This document shows positions 13,297 through 25,721 of a DNA stretch of 39,016 nucleotides, one piece after another. Location of the stretch: positions 748,607 to 787,622 of the forward strand of contig NC_069001.1 in the NCBI RefSeq assembly GCF_001194135.2. Direction: 5' to 3'. Within the stretch, counting starts at the first letter, position 1; each line of letters begins with the position of its first letter. A model generated the notes under the pieces. It did no database searches. It was not told the DNA's origin and saw nothing but the letters and a program-made list of their open reading frames with translations. Source of the stretch: Octopus bimaculoides. Lineage: Eukaryota. Position numbers and translations under genes: made by a program.

Positions 13297-13971
13297 CATG
13301 ATAGTAATTAAATATAATAAAAATTTAACATGTTTTTCTTCTTCATTATATATATCTATATATAAATTATGACCAGCTTTCCATTTTGGATAAAAAAAAA
13401 AATACACATGAAATCCTGAAGTTTTGACAATGTGGAATATAAAAAAAAATCAAACCTGGAAAATAAAAGCTTAAAACAAATCTTTTTGTTTTCTTTAAAG
13501 ATTAAAAAAAAGACATTAATGATGACATTCAAGTTTGTAGTCCGCACACAAAAACACGTTTTGACGTTCTCAGCGAAGATTATAAAATTGATAATAGGCC
13601 AAGGGAGGTAACTTCTGCATAAACTCATTTCTACGTAAAATGGGTCTTCCATATGCTAATTTTGTCCGTGACATTCGCTATTATTGGCTAATTTTAATCC
13701 AGACGATCTCTTCTACCGAGCCTGACTCTGTAAAATGTCAGTAATACATGGTAACATTTTGTGCTCTTGCTAAGGTACTTTTACCAGATTTTCTAATGTA
13801 AAGCTACATTACTTTAAATATTATACAGCTTAATGTACTAAACACATTTTACTTGAATAATTGCTGCTGAAATCAGGGTACATCTCTAATATGCCTGTGT
13901 ATCTTTTATGCTACCAAATATGGTGCATAGTTTCATAACACAATATGTTGAAGTCATTTACTCAAAATTTA

Positions 13972-14325
<354 letters not shown>

Positions 14326-14579
14326 CTATTAAGGTAAGTTTATAATCATCATCATCATTTAATATCCACCTTGCCATACTTGCAGATGGATCAGATGGAT
14401 TTTCCTGACGCTTGTTTTCTACAGCCAGGAACCCTCACCTGTGTTCAAGCAAGGTAATATTTTCCCATGACCAGACAGGTTTTCTTTTTAATAACCAAAA
14501 ATAAAACAACCCCACTCATACAATAGTGATGCACATTAATAAACATCACATAGTGATGGTGCTTTGTAAAAAAACATTC

Positions 14580-15161
14580 GGATCTTTTTTAAAACGGGGG
14601 CCACATTTTTCATTAATGTTTTACGTAGTGTTTTTGGTACGGAAAGACTTTCAAACTTCGTATACTTATCTATTTTGTGTTATAGAACAGAAAAATATTT
14701 TTGTATTCGAATTTATTTCATGTAAAAAATTGTCTTATTTCGATAATTTCAACCAATCACTGACAAGTATTCAGTTGTTTACATTTACTCCTTTGGCTGA
14801 TTAAGTGATGTAAAGCGTATTTAATCTCCATACCTTCGTTTTATTTGCTTTTTTCATTTTAAATTTGCTTTAACCCTAACCCTACGGTTAGGGTTAGGGT
14901 TAGGGTTAGGGTTAGTGTTAATTGTTTCAGAATCGTTTGTTTATGTAGTCGGCACTTAATGTATATCGGCTGAATGGACGTCAGTGATTGGTTGAAATTA
15001 CAGAAATACGACAACTTTCACATGGAATAACTTATGGATTTCTTTTTTTTTTTAAGAAGACTTACAGAAAAAGATGTTTTATATGACACATTCTACCAGT
15101 GTTCCAAGTTTCAAAGTGTTTCGTTAATGAAAAATGTGGCCCCCCGTTTTAAAAAAGATCC
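14580..15161. mobile_element. Non-autonomous foldback DNA transposon (MITE), about 40-bp TIRs starting GG, 8-bp TSD aaacattc; Merlin- or hAT-like
   Basis: ggatcttttttaaaacgggggccacatttttcattaa is inverted at both ends; aaacattc at 14572-14579 and 15162-15169; internal inverted blocks such as tttcaaccaatcactgac. Confidence 0.88.
14871..14915. repeat. Interstitial telomere-type repeat: (TAACCC)2 followed by GG(TTAGGG)4TTAG
   Basis: Read directly; lies at the midpoint of the 14580-15161 element. Confidence 0.9.
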
Positions 15162-15532
15162 AAACATTCAATACACTCTGTAAAGTGGTTGGCATTAGAA
15201 AAGGGCATCCAACTGTGGAAACTGAGCCAAAACACTACAGAACCTGGCACAGTCCCTGGCCTTGCCAGTTCCTGTCAAGCTGTCCAACCCATGCCAGCAT
15301 GGGAAATAGATATTAAATGATGATGATGATGCCATGATATCAAGACAAGAGTGTCCACATGCACACACACACTCACACATAATCATCATCACATTTAACA
15401 TCCATGTAAGGTCGTGGAACAGTACTTATATTATACATGTGTCAAAGAAATAATATTTCCCATTCATTTTTAAAAAAAGAAGCAAAAAAAGAACAAGAAA
15501 ACAAGACAGGTAAAGTGAAGTTTCTGAATTTA

Positions 15533-15772
<240 letters not shown>

Positions 15773-16166
15773 TTATTGTGATGGCAATTAACAAAAACAA
15801 AAACCAAAAGACAACACAGGAGGGGCAGGGTTTAATAAATATTGGAGTAGTTTAATGCTTAGAAAGAAAAGGAAGAGTTTATACACACACATTAATCTAA
15901 GTATATTGTATTATAAATCCATTACTGTCAATCTTATGGACTGGTTTTGCAACAGATATCAGGTAACTATGCATATGCTCTTCAGAGATGGCAGGTGTGG
16001 AAAAAATATAGCAACTCTTTCGCTACTTTTTCTTTTTCCTTCCACACCTGCTGTAAATCCTGTGGAAAACCAACTTGGTAAGATCAGCTGAAGTGAGTCT
16101 ACAGAATTGTATACTTTGATTAATATACCCATTCTATAGGAGTGCCTGTTATTCTTGAGATTCTTA

Positions 16167-16412
<246 letters not shown>

Positions 16413-16704
16413 TTACTGAATTCTCTCTGAGTGGATGAACCTTGCATGGAAGAATAAAAGGAAGAATGACAGAAACTAAAGGAAGAACACAACAAAGACA
16501 CTGTGTCAAGAAGGAAACTTCTATGGGAGATGGTTTAATACCCATCCAATTCATGCTCCCTAATGTCTACGAAAAAGAAATTTAGTTTCCCTTTGTGTTT
16601 CTCCAATCTTATTCCAACCCATTAAAAGAAAAACTATATTCAAAACCCCAAATACAAAGAGTTACTACAATCAATCTAAATTTACAGCAAAAACCTATAC
16701 TCAC

Positions 16705-16777
16705 TTTACCAAAGTGGCCTCGTCCAAGCACACTTATCGGCCTAAACTGTGACATTTTAACTTCTTGATGGTTGTAA
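16705..16777 (-). CDS. PKN: PKN exon, start of kinase domain (YNHQEVKMSQFRPISVLGRGHFGK)
   Basis: ttctctccttcag / gtgagt, 73 nt, phase 2-0; Gly-rich loop GRGHFG. A possible longer form from an acceptor at 16975 is listed in findings. Confidence 0.93.
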
Positions 16778-17338
16778 CTGAAGGAGAGAAAAACAGAAAT
16801 AAAAGAAACAAGGAAATCTTTTATGAAATCAATAAAGGAAATGAAAATACTGTTGTAAGAAGAGATATTCATTTCAATAGGGTCCTCGTTTGACATGCTG
16901 GGAGACAAGGTGTTAGAATATGAGAGAAGGGAACCAGAGCAGAGCGAGTTTCTTCTTTGCAAGGGAGCTGCATAACTATTCACGTGTATAATAAAAAAAA
17001 TTTTCTAAGTTCTTTTATTTTTTTTAATGGTAAAATAGTTACCTTTTATCTTTTACTTGTACACACAAGATAAGACCCCACAACTGAGCTGGGGTATAGA
17101 ACGGAAGGATAAGAAACTACGCTGGGGAGACAAGGAACAGGTGTGTGTTACTGAAGAGGTGAATACATGACAGAGAGAGAGAGAGAGAGAGAGATGAGGT
17201 CCAGATACAATATGAACATGAAAGAGAAGAGGATAGAAGAGCAGAAAGAGTGGATGTGTAGGTAAATGCTATGAGTGAAAATCGTGTGAGAGACGATTCG
17301 AGACAGGAAATGAGTTGGATGAAGAGAAAAATACATAC

Positions 17339-17502
17339 TCTGGTGATGTCGGTGAAGAAACTGGTGTTTTTTCTTTTACTGGGCTATCTAAGAAGGGTGG
17401 AGTTTTTCTGTTAAGGGTCGAGGTTTCTGTGTCTTCCAAATCAATGACTGAGTTGTCAGAGATTAAATCATCAGGAAGGAAGTTAAATGAAGATAACACA
17501 GC
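17339..17502 (-). CDS. PKN: PKN linker exon (AVLSSFNFLPDD...SPTSP)
   Basis: ttcttacag / gtatgt, 164 nt, phase 0-2; phases fit both neighbours. Confidence 0.88.
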
Positions 17503-17994
17503 CTGTAAGAAAGAAAAACAAAACAATTAGTACATTTCCTTAATCGATGCAATGCACAGTTAATACAATTTAATATGCACACACATGTATTAAACTGAAG
17601 AATAACTCAGTACATTTTATTTCTAGAGTACACATTTATCATACTTTTACAAGAAGATGGGTGATAATAACTTTGAAGTTTTGGCTGCTAAACAGCCTGG
17701 CAAAGGTCAACCTTCAAAGTCATTGTGACTTGCATTCTTGTAAAACTAAATTAATATAAGATACACATATAATACATACATGTACACACACACATCAATC
17801 GTTATCACTTAACATCTGTTTGCTATGCCGACATGGATTGGACAGTTTGACAAGATCCGGCAGACTGTGTCTGCTCTGGTTTCTATGGCTGGATTCCCTT
17901 TCTATTGCCAACCATTTCAGTGTATGCAGAGTGCTTTATCATGGAGCCAGGACTAGTGGGGTTGACACGTATGCATGTGTGTGGAACAGAGAAT

Positions 17995-18280
17995 GCACCT
18001 CAAAGACACACCCAGAGCCTCACTGAAGTGCTTTGAGATCAATCTTGACACCTGAGAAACACAAAACTGCCCTGTCTGGCGAAACTGCACCAACAGAACA
18101 GAATTGCAGAGGCACAAGTCCCGAGCCAACTCCTTGCCTTCACTCCCAACAGACCACCAATGCCTGACCGGCAGCAAAGCCCTTTTGAGCACACATCAGA
18201 CTGACTGGCCACAGCTGGACACACTGTGACCTGTTCTTCCATAGGATGTCCTTGGTGAGAGACAAACTGCTAATAAGAAC
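17995..18280 (+). mobile_element. RTE-clade LINE 3' fragment (degenerate)
   Basis: Broken translation KDTPRASLKCFEINLDT*ET..WRN...HQCLTGSKA..AHIRLTGHSWTH matches the KDTLKASLK...C2H2-finger C-terminus of RTE ORF2. Confidence 0.7.
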
Positions 18281-18448
18281 CTTTTGGCTACAATCCAAAC
18301 GTAGTGTGTGCACGTGTGAGTATGCTCACACACGCATTAGAGATTATGAATGCAGACTGTTTCTCCAAGACAAAAACGTGTAAAAGAGATTTGGACAGAC
18401 TGGATTTTCATTTCTTCAAATTATAAAATAAAACCCAAAAATCCTTAC

Positions 18449-18606
18449 CTCAATCTCTTTTATTGGTGAAACTGGTGGTTTCTGTGGGGTGGTGACGACT
18501 TCCGTGGAAGCAGCTGTTGTCTCTGGTTCTTTTTCTTGTGATGATGGCAATGGTGAAAACTCCAACTGATGGATTGGAGGACCACGATCTTGAGCAAGAA
18601 TGCCGC
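18449..18606 (-). CDS. PKN: PKN Pro/Ser/Thr-rich linker exon (GILAQDRGPP...SPIKEIE)
   Basis: ttttgcag / gtaagg, 158 nt, phase 1-0. Confidence 0.88.
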
Positions 18607-18766
18607 CTGCAAAACGAATACCATTTTGGAATTTTGACAATGTTGTTTTAAAATAAATCTTTGTTTTTTATAAGAGGCTTCAACACAAATGAAGCTATAA
18701 ATATTTATCTATAGCTACAAGAGTTTTTAAGGCACCAAAATTTGCTAAGGTTATGAAAGGACTTAC

Positions 18767-18901
18767 CTGGTTTAGCAGTAGGTGGGCTGTACACACCACC
18801 TTCACCACAGTTTGGAGGTAAAGATGGGAAAGCACGTTTCATAAGTCGACCCCAAGTTGCAACATTGATGTTCATCTGACCAGGTCGTAAGAAAGTTTTT
18901 C
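18767..18901 (-). CDS. PKN: PKN exon (KTFLRPGQMNINVATWGRLMKRAFP...)
   Basis: aattgtag / gtaagt, 135 nt, phase 1-1; PKN-diagnostic MNIN.ATWGRL. Not in the ORF track. Confidence 0.95.
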
Positions 18902-19576
18902 CTACAATTCAAGAAAGAAAGCATGACACAAGTGAAAAAAAACCATGTAATATACAAAGATCGTTATAATTTAACCTACCACCTCCCTCACCCACCTCTA
19001 TTTCCTTCCCATGCCTCCATCCATAGCTTTCACTCTCATCCTCATCTCCGGCTGTCTGTCGTTCTTTCACATGCTCATGAATCTACCCCACCTTTGGAAT
19101 CAGTTTACTGTCCCAATTTACTCTTCAACCATATTCTTGTAACTCAAGGGTTTATGCCATACTTCATCTCCACCATCATTTCTCCCACTCCTGCTGGGGT
19201 AGTCATGTATCTCCTCTACAGTAAGACACCTGTTCCTGTCCTTCTTTCACATTTTAGCCTCTCTACATCAAACCCAATACCACCCCCATCACCACCACCG
19301 TCAAAGGGACTTGTTGTGTGAGTTACATGGTGACCACACTAGTGCTGGTGCCACAAAAAAAGCACCCAATACACTGTATGAACTGGTAAGCCTTAGAACG
19401 GTCATCCAGTCATAGAAACCCTGCCAAAGCAGGCACAAGAGACCAATGCACCCTTCAGGCTAGCTGGACCCTGTTGAACAGCCCACTTCGTGTGAACACA
19501 GGAAACTGCTACTTAGCTTCCTGAGATCAACAAGGTTTTACTTTATTAAATACAGCAATATTTCAAAAATCGTTAC

Positions 19577-19652
19577 CTTTATGTTTAGGGAAAATACGAC
19601 GCTGTCTTTGCAACTTTGGCCTTCTGGGAATAGTTGGATTCAAAAATGTTAT
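19577..19652 (-). CDS. PKN: PKN exon (ITFLNPTIPRRPKLQRQRRIFPKHK)
   Basis: atttccag / gtaacg, 76 nt, phase 0-1; the PKLQRQ..IF segment is characteristic of PKN. Confidence 0.96.
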
Positions 19653-20438
19653 CTGGAAATATAAATAAGCATATTTAAAAGTTCTAAATATATACACAAA
19701 TACATACATTTGAGGTATTACATACATACATATATACAATATATATACATGTATACATATGTACATGTATTAGCTTGTTCATTCACCTATCATCCATTTA
19801 TCCAAACTAGCATGAGTTATGTGCAGGGAGGAAATCCAACAACTATATTTGCTCCCTATACTCAACACACAATAATATGAAAATGTAAGGGTGTATCTTT
19901 TCCCACCTCCGATGAGATTCAACTTTAAAATGTTTTTAATTATATTAATTAGTTTCTAGAGTCAAAAATGATGTCCAATTTTGTAATTAACAAATAATTA
20001 TTAATTTAATCATCTCTATTTTCTTAAATAAATATATATATATATCCATCTACTTATACACACATAGAAGGATATCATCATCAAACTTCTTAAACAAATG
20101 GTGATTGATGTCTGGGCCATACACACACACACACGTGTATGTATCACCGTCATCATATTGATGCTCACTTTTCCAGGCTTGCCGGGGTCAGAATTTTACT
20201 GACATAGATTTCCCAGAAACAGATGCCTTTCCTTTCACTAGTCCTTCCCTATTTCTAAGCAAGGTAATATCTCCCCCATGGACAGGCATATTCTTGGAGA
20301 TTATTAGAGTTATCAGTAGAATATTGAGTTATTTCCCTTCGCTCATTTTTGGCTGCTACTGCTAATGATGGTGAGCTAATTATCACAAAGTTTCACTTAA
20401 TTAACACCGACATAATATACATCAATATATTTATATAC

Positions 20439-20485
<47 letters not shown>

Positions 20486-20532
20486 ATAAGTTAACATGAA
20501 ATTTTGATGGAAGGTTTTAAATTCAGATCACT

Positions 20533-20740
20533 TTAACCCTTTTGTTACCATATTTCTGACAAAATACGTTGCCTTAGTTTCAATGAATTTTGAAAATAAT
20601 GAAGAATTTGGCAAAATAACTTTGTCATTTCTTAAGCTGGTGTGTGAAAATCAAATTTCACAGAATTTTGATGGAAAATTTTAAATGAAATCATTTTAAA
20701 ACAGGGGTAGTTTCAGGCAGATTGGTATCAAAAAGGTTAA
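20533..20740. mobile_element. piggyBac-type MITE (TTAA ends)
   Basis: ttaacccttttgttacc ... ggtatcaaaaaggttaa. Related interrupted copies at about 2470-2880 and 22146-22640. Confidence 0.78.
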
Positions 20741-20821
20741 TATGACTTAATAAAATCAAATAAATTATATTTTAGTTGGTAAGGAAGAAATAGAAAAACA
20801 AAAACAAAAAATTGTTTTTAC

Positions 20822-20965
20822 TTCAGCAAATAAAATTCCTTGCGGTTCTAAATGTATTGCCATGCCGTGTCTTTGATTATCAATGAAATCTTCAAGTCTT
20901 AAAAATTTTATAGCACACATTTGACGCCAGTCTCGCCAGTGAATAGCAATTTCCAGTTCTCGAGA
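20822..20965 (-). CDS. PKN: PKN C2-like exon ([27 protein letters not shown]...EPQGILFAE)
   Basis: tttattatag / gtaaaa, 144 nt, phase 0-0. Confidence 0.96.
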
Positions 20966-21561
20966 CTATAATAAATATATAAATAAGCATAAGATAAAAA
21001 TTAAAAAATAATTAAATTACAATGATTTCAAAATTTGGAACAATTAGGGAAAGAGATAAGTCATTCACACCAACTCTAGAACTTGACTGGTACTTGATTT
21101 TTCTTTTTTATCTCGAAAAGATGAAAGACAAAGTTGATCTCAGCAGAATTTAAATTCACAACATAAAAAGCCAGAAGGAATGCTGCTAACAATTTTGTCC
21201 AACACACCAGACACTCAGCCAGCTCACTGCATTCCTAATAATAATAGCAATGGTTTTAAATATTGGTACAAGGCCAATAGTTTTAGGGCTGGGGAATAAG
21301 TCAATTACACAAGAGGTAGTGCTGAAAAGATGTAAAGGGCTGGAAGAAATTCTGCAAAGTGTTTTGTCCAACGTGTCCTGGACTCAATGTAATTAACCCA
21401 ACCCTGCACCTCCAAATTGCTGGCCTGATGCTTTGATACGAAGAAAATTATTTTCTTTTGCTTTCAGCCACTTTCACAATGGGCATCTTGTATTAAAATG
21501 TTGACTGAAATAAGCCCCAAAATATTGCCCTGGACCCTATCTGCAAAGCTGAGCCTCCCAC

Positions 21562-21648
21562 NNNNNNNNNNNNNNNNNNNNNNNNNNNNNNNNNNNNNNN
21601 NNNNNNNNNNNNNNNNNNNNNNNNNNNNNNNNNNNNNNNNNNNNNNNN
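21562..21648. other. Assembly gap (N run)
   Basis: 87 N. A further 9-N gap lies at 27972-27980. Confidence 1.
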
Positions 21649-21870
21649 CATCAAATATGGTAAATCAGTGCAATAGTTTTTACTGATAATAGTTTCAAAT
21701 TTTGGCACAAGGCCAGCAGTTTTAGGGGGTGAGTAACATTTGAACTCGGAATGTAAAGTCAGACAAAGTACCGCTAAGCATTTCGTCTGGCAATGCTAAC
21801 CATTCTGCCATTCTAACCACCTTAATAGTTTTTACTAATAATGAAGACAAGCTTTAGAGTTGAACATTAC

Positions 21871-21980
21871 CCTATCTAAGTTGATACTTGTTCTATAGTC
21901 CCAACACTGTTGGCTACAGGGTTTCCAAGGGGTCTGTCCAACATGCTGGTTATCTAGTTTCATCACAGCCATAACATCAT
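21871..21980 (-). CDS. PKN: PKN C2-like exon (DVMAVMKLDNQHVGQTPWKPCSQQCWDYRTSINLDR)
   Basis: atatttcag / gtaatg, 110 nt, phase 1-0. Confidence 0.95.
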
Positions 21981-22654
21981 CTGAAATATCAAAAGAGAGA
22001 AAAAGAAAGAAAAATCACCATAAGTTATAAGTTTAAAAACTCAATGTTGAAATGTTCCAGGGAAAATATTTCATAATTTAAAAACAAAAAAGATTCAGGG
22101 AGAAAAAAAAAAGCATAAATTTGGTTCAGGTTTTCATTATCATTTTTAACCGTTTTGTTACCATTAACCTTTCATTACCTGACACAAAGCCCATTCCTCC
22201 TCAATGCTACACCCACCAACTCAGTTGAAGGGCCTTGCCTTGCAAGTTACCCACTGACCTTACTGGTGCTGGTACCACACAAAAAGCATCCAGTACACTT
22301 TGTACAGGGATTTATGTCAATTAGGGCATCTAGCTGTAGAAAATACCAAAGCAGAAACATAGGAGCTTGGTCGAGTCTCTTGGCTCACCAGCCCTTGTTG
22401 AACCATTCAGCCCATGCCAGTATGGGGAACAGATGTTAAATGGTGATAGTGATGATGATGTTGATGATTTCTTCTCAAAATACACTGCCTTTGTTGCAAT
22501 TAATTTTGAAAATAATGAAGAATTCATTAAGGTAACTTTGGCAATATTAAGCTGGGTTTCTAAAACCAATTAACACTGAGTTTTGATGGAAGGTTTTAAC
22601 TTAGATTGCTTTGAAGAAGGGAATTTGTATCATGGATATATAACAAAATAGACA

Positions 22655-22721
<67 letters not shown>

Positions 22722-25676
22722 CATACACACATAATGAATATATGAAGATATTGGTATCATGTTTATTATAATTGTTTCAATAACATGGATTAGATTGATC
22801 ACTTAACATACCAGAATCAACATAAACAATAATTACGTAATTTCATGCAATATCCACATGAGTGTCGACTGAGGTAATTACCTGGATTTTCCCCGCTTCA
22901 CATATACTATATGCACACACACACATAAATACACAAATGCATGCACACACATACACATATATATACACACACACACATTTCATTAAATACATGGCTAGGC
23001 TTATTTTATCCTTTTTTATTTTCAATTTTTTAATATATTCTTTTTCTTTATTTTTTACAATTAGTTTCAAAAAATACTATATAAAAAAAACTAAGAAAAT
23101 ATGTAAAATCTAAAATAAAAAGGATAAAACTTGAATGCAGTCATGTATGTAATGCCTTAGGCACAATGTTCTACCTGTTTTATGTTCAAACTAACCAGAT
23201 CTGGCCTCTCAAAGCTAGGAGATAATGTAGGATTAATTCAAAACAATGTGAAGAAATAAACATTATATCTGACAGAACAATCTGAATATGAAAGGGTTAA
23301 ATGAAACATCTATACAAGAAAAGCTGGTCCCTAACACATCATATTTCTGTCACAGGGTCAAAAGACATTGAAGGTAATACAAATATCTTTCTGTGTCATT
23401 ATTTTTCCTGTTGTCAATTTGTTTCTTTCATTATATACATTTTTTTTTTTACTCGTTCTTCTCTAACTTGTCTTTACCATTCATTTAACAGACCTCATCT
23501 TGTCACTGCACTTGTCTCGTTTTTGGTTCCTACCCGTGTTTATCTATCCTGTCTGCTCATTTCTACCCTAGCAGCTTATGTCACTCACACCACCCAACTG
23601 CCCAATCTTGTCAGAAGGTGTCAAAATTGTAATGATATTTGGTTGATAACTAATTGAAGGGTGCTGAGCTTGTCTGCATTTGTTGTGCATGCATTTCTTT
23701 CTTCCTGTTTTACAATATTCTTTTAATGATGTCAGTTGTAAGATCATGCCCATGCTGGAGCAGTCTTACATTTTTATTTTATGTGCACACACACATATAT
23801 ACAGACATACACTAATAACAATATAGTCAACATATATATATATATAAAAAAACTTGATAAATGTTTGCCACTTAAAATACAACAGCCTTAATTAATGATA
23901 CAACAACAATAGCAACAACAACAAGAAATGAGCTTACATAAATTAAAAGATAAGTTCTTCAAAAGAAGAGAAAAATATATTACAACAATTAGTAAGTTAA
24001 TAATTAGTAAAAAAACAAAATGAATAAAGTATAGAAATAGAATAGACAAAAGATATATGGAGAAAAGAAACATCGGACTTTTAGATTTCAGAATTTAATG
24101 TCTAAAATCACCATCAAAAATAAAGGAGAACAAAAGAAAAACAAAAGCTGACATGGAAAACACTGTATCCTAAGGATTCCTGCCAAGTATCAAAATGCTG
24201 TCATCATGACTGCTGCTCAACAATGCTGTGTGAACAGTGGAAAGGTTCTAAGACATGTCCCACATACCATGCAAACCAAATTACCCCAAACTGTTAGAAC
24301 TCATTATATATATATATAGATATATATGCTTCAGAATAAATAGTTGGTCAAGTATAGAGCATAATATGAAATTAAATAAATGACAAGGGAACGGTAAATT
24401 ATGCAGTGATTATCATTTGCTTACAGACGTTTCTGCTGTACGATGTAATACACATCGAGCTGAGTGCAAGTGCATCACCTTATAGCTTCCTCAGAGCTTC
24501 AAAACTATATCTATGCATTTCACACAATGAACTTAGAAAAAAATCCTCACAGAACAAATGATGATTTTCTGCACTGAGATATTTGAAAGATTTATGTGTA
24601 AGTTTGCTTGTGCATCTAATTTCCTGTTTCATCAATGTAACTAAAGACATGCAGATGGGATTAATGTGTTTTCTTTTTTCTTTTACACAAACTGTCAAAT
24701 TTAATACAAACTCCACATAACTCTAAAGTTTTAAATTCTATTGGACAATGAGGAGAAAATATTAATAAAATACACTATATGATACTATTTCAATGCTATT
24801 TCACTGAAATTTTGTGCAATTTAACGAGAAACAAGAATTTTTACAGACACCTATATTTCTTCTTAGACATGCTTGCTCACATACACACACATATATATAC
24901 ATCCACCAGTCATTCCCATAGATTTTAATGGCTGTCACATGATTTGTTTTGCTGAGAAATAACTAAATATACATGGACATGTTACACATAAAACATTATA
25001 TTATAATTGAATGAGAATTTTTCAGATTTAATTATTTATTTCTTATCTATTTTGCTTTTTGTTTTCATAGCCAAGTTACAACACTGCCATCTGATATCAA
25101 CACAAGGTGACACACTTTTTACATGAAGGTACAGACGATTGTCATACTGACACCCAGTACTAGACTGGCATTGCTTCAGCTTCCTTGCAAACACGATGAA
25201 GTTTGATAAGATCAACAGATCGATAGAGACAAAAATATATCTTAAATACCTGATCAAACCTTTATTTACAGGTTAACAAAGAAGTTCAATAAGAAGAGAG
25301 GGGGGTCAATTTTTACCTCATTAAATTAAGACAGATAGATAGACAGAGAGAGACAGCTTGAATGAATTGCTCCCATCTATCACGTTATTCTTTCATCACC
25401 ATCTGAAGATAAATTCTGTAGAAAACTGATGATGACAATCATACACACAACAAAGCTTTCACGAAACATCACAAAAATGAAACAACATTTAGCTCAACGG
25501 AAGAAACGAACTGAAGAACAGCTGTTAAAGAAGCATTCACAACTTTTTCACGAAGGATATATTATATATGAATATATAAGTGTTTACTTTTAAAAATCCA
25601 TTAATATATCAGCAACAAATGAGAAGAAGAAAAAAAATAAATATATACAATACACGGTAAGGAAGAATGATCATAC

Positions 25677-25721
25677 CTTCATGGTGTTGATTTTGACATC
25701 CCTGATAAGCTAACTTAAAAG
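25677..25721 (-). CDS. Candidate 45-nt cassette exon (xFKLAYQGCQNQHHE)
   Basis: ctgttttcag / AAG|gtatga; phase 1-1 and stop-free in the PKN frame. No homology support. Confidence 0.38.

Noticed and set aside
13345-13830. Possible Helitron (starts atctatatataaa)
   Set aside because: I could not find a convincing 3' hairpin/CTAG end or a second copy.
14871-14915. Telomere fusion scar interpretation
   Set aside because: The tract is very short and sits inside a TIR/TSD-bounded element, so it arrived with the transposon.
17953-18242. Minus-strand ORFs that looked like an extra PKN linker exon
   Set aside because: They are the antisense of the RTE LINE fragment; the flanking exons already join in phase without them.
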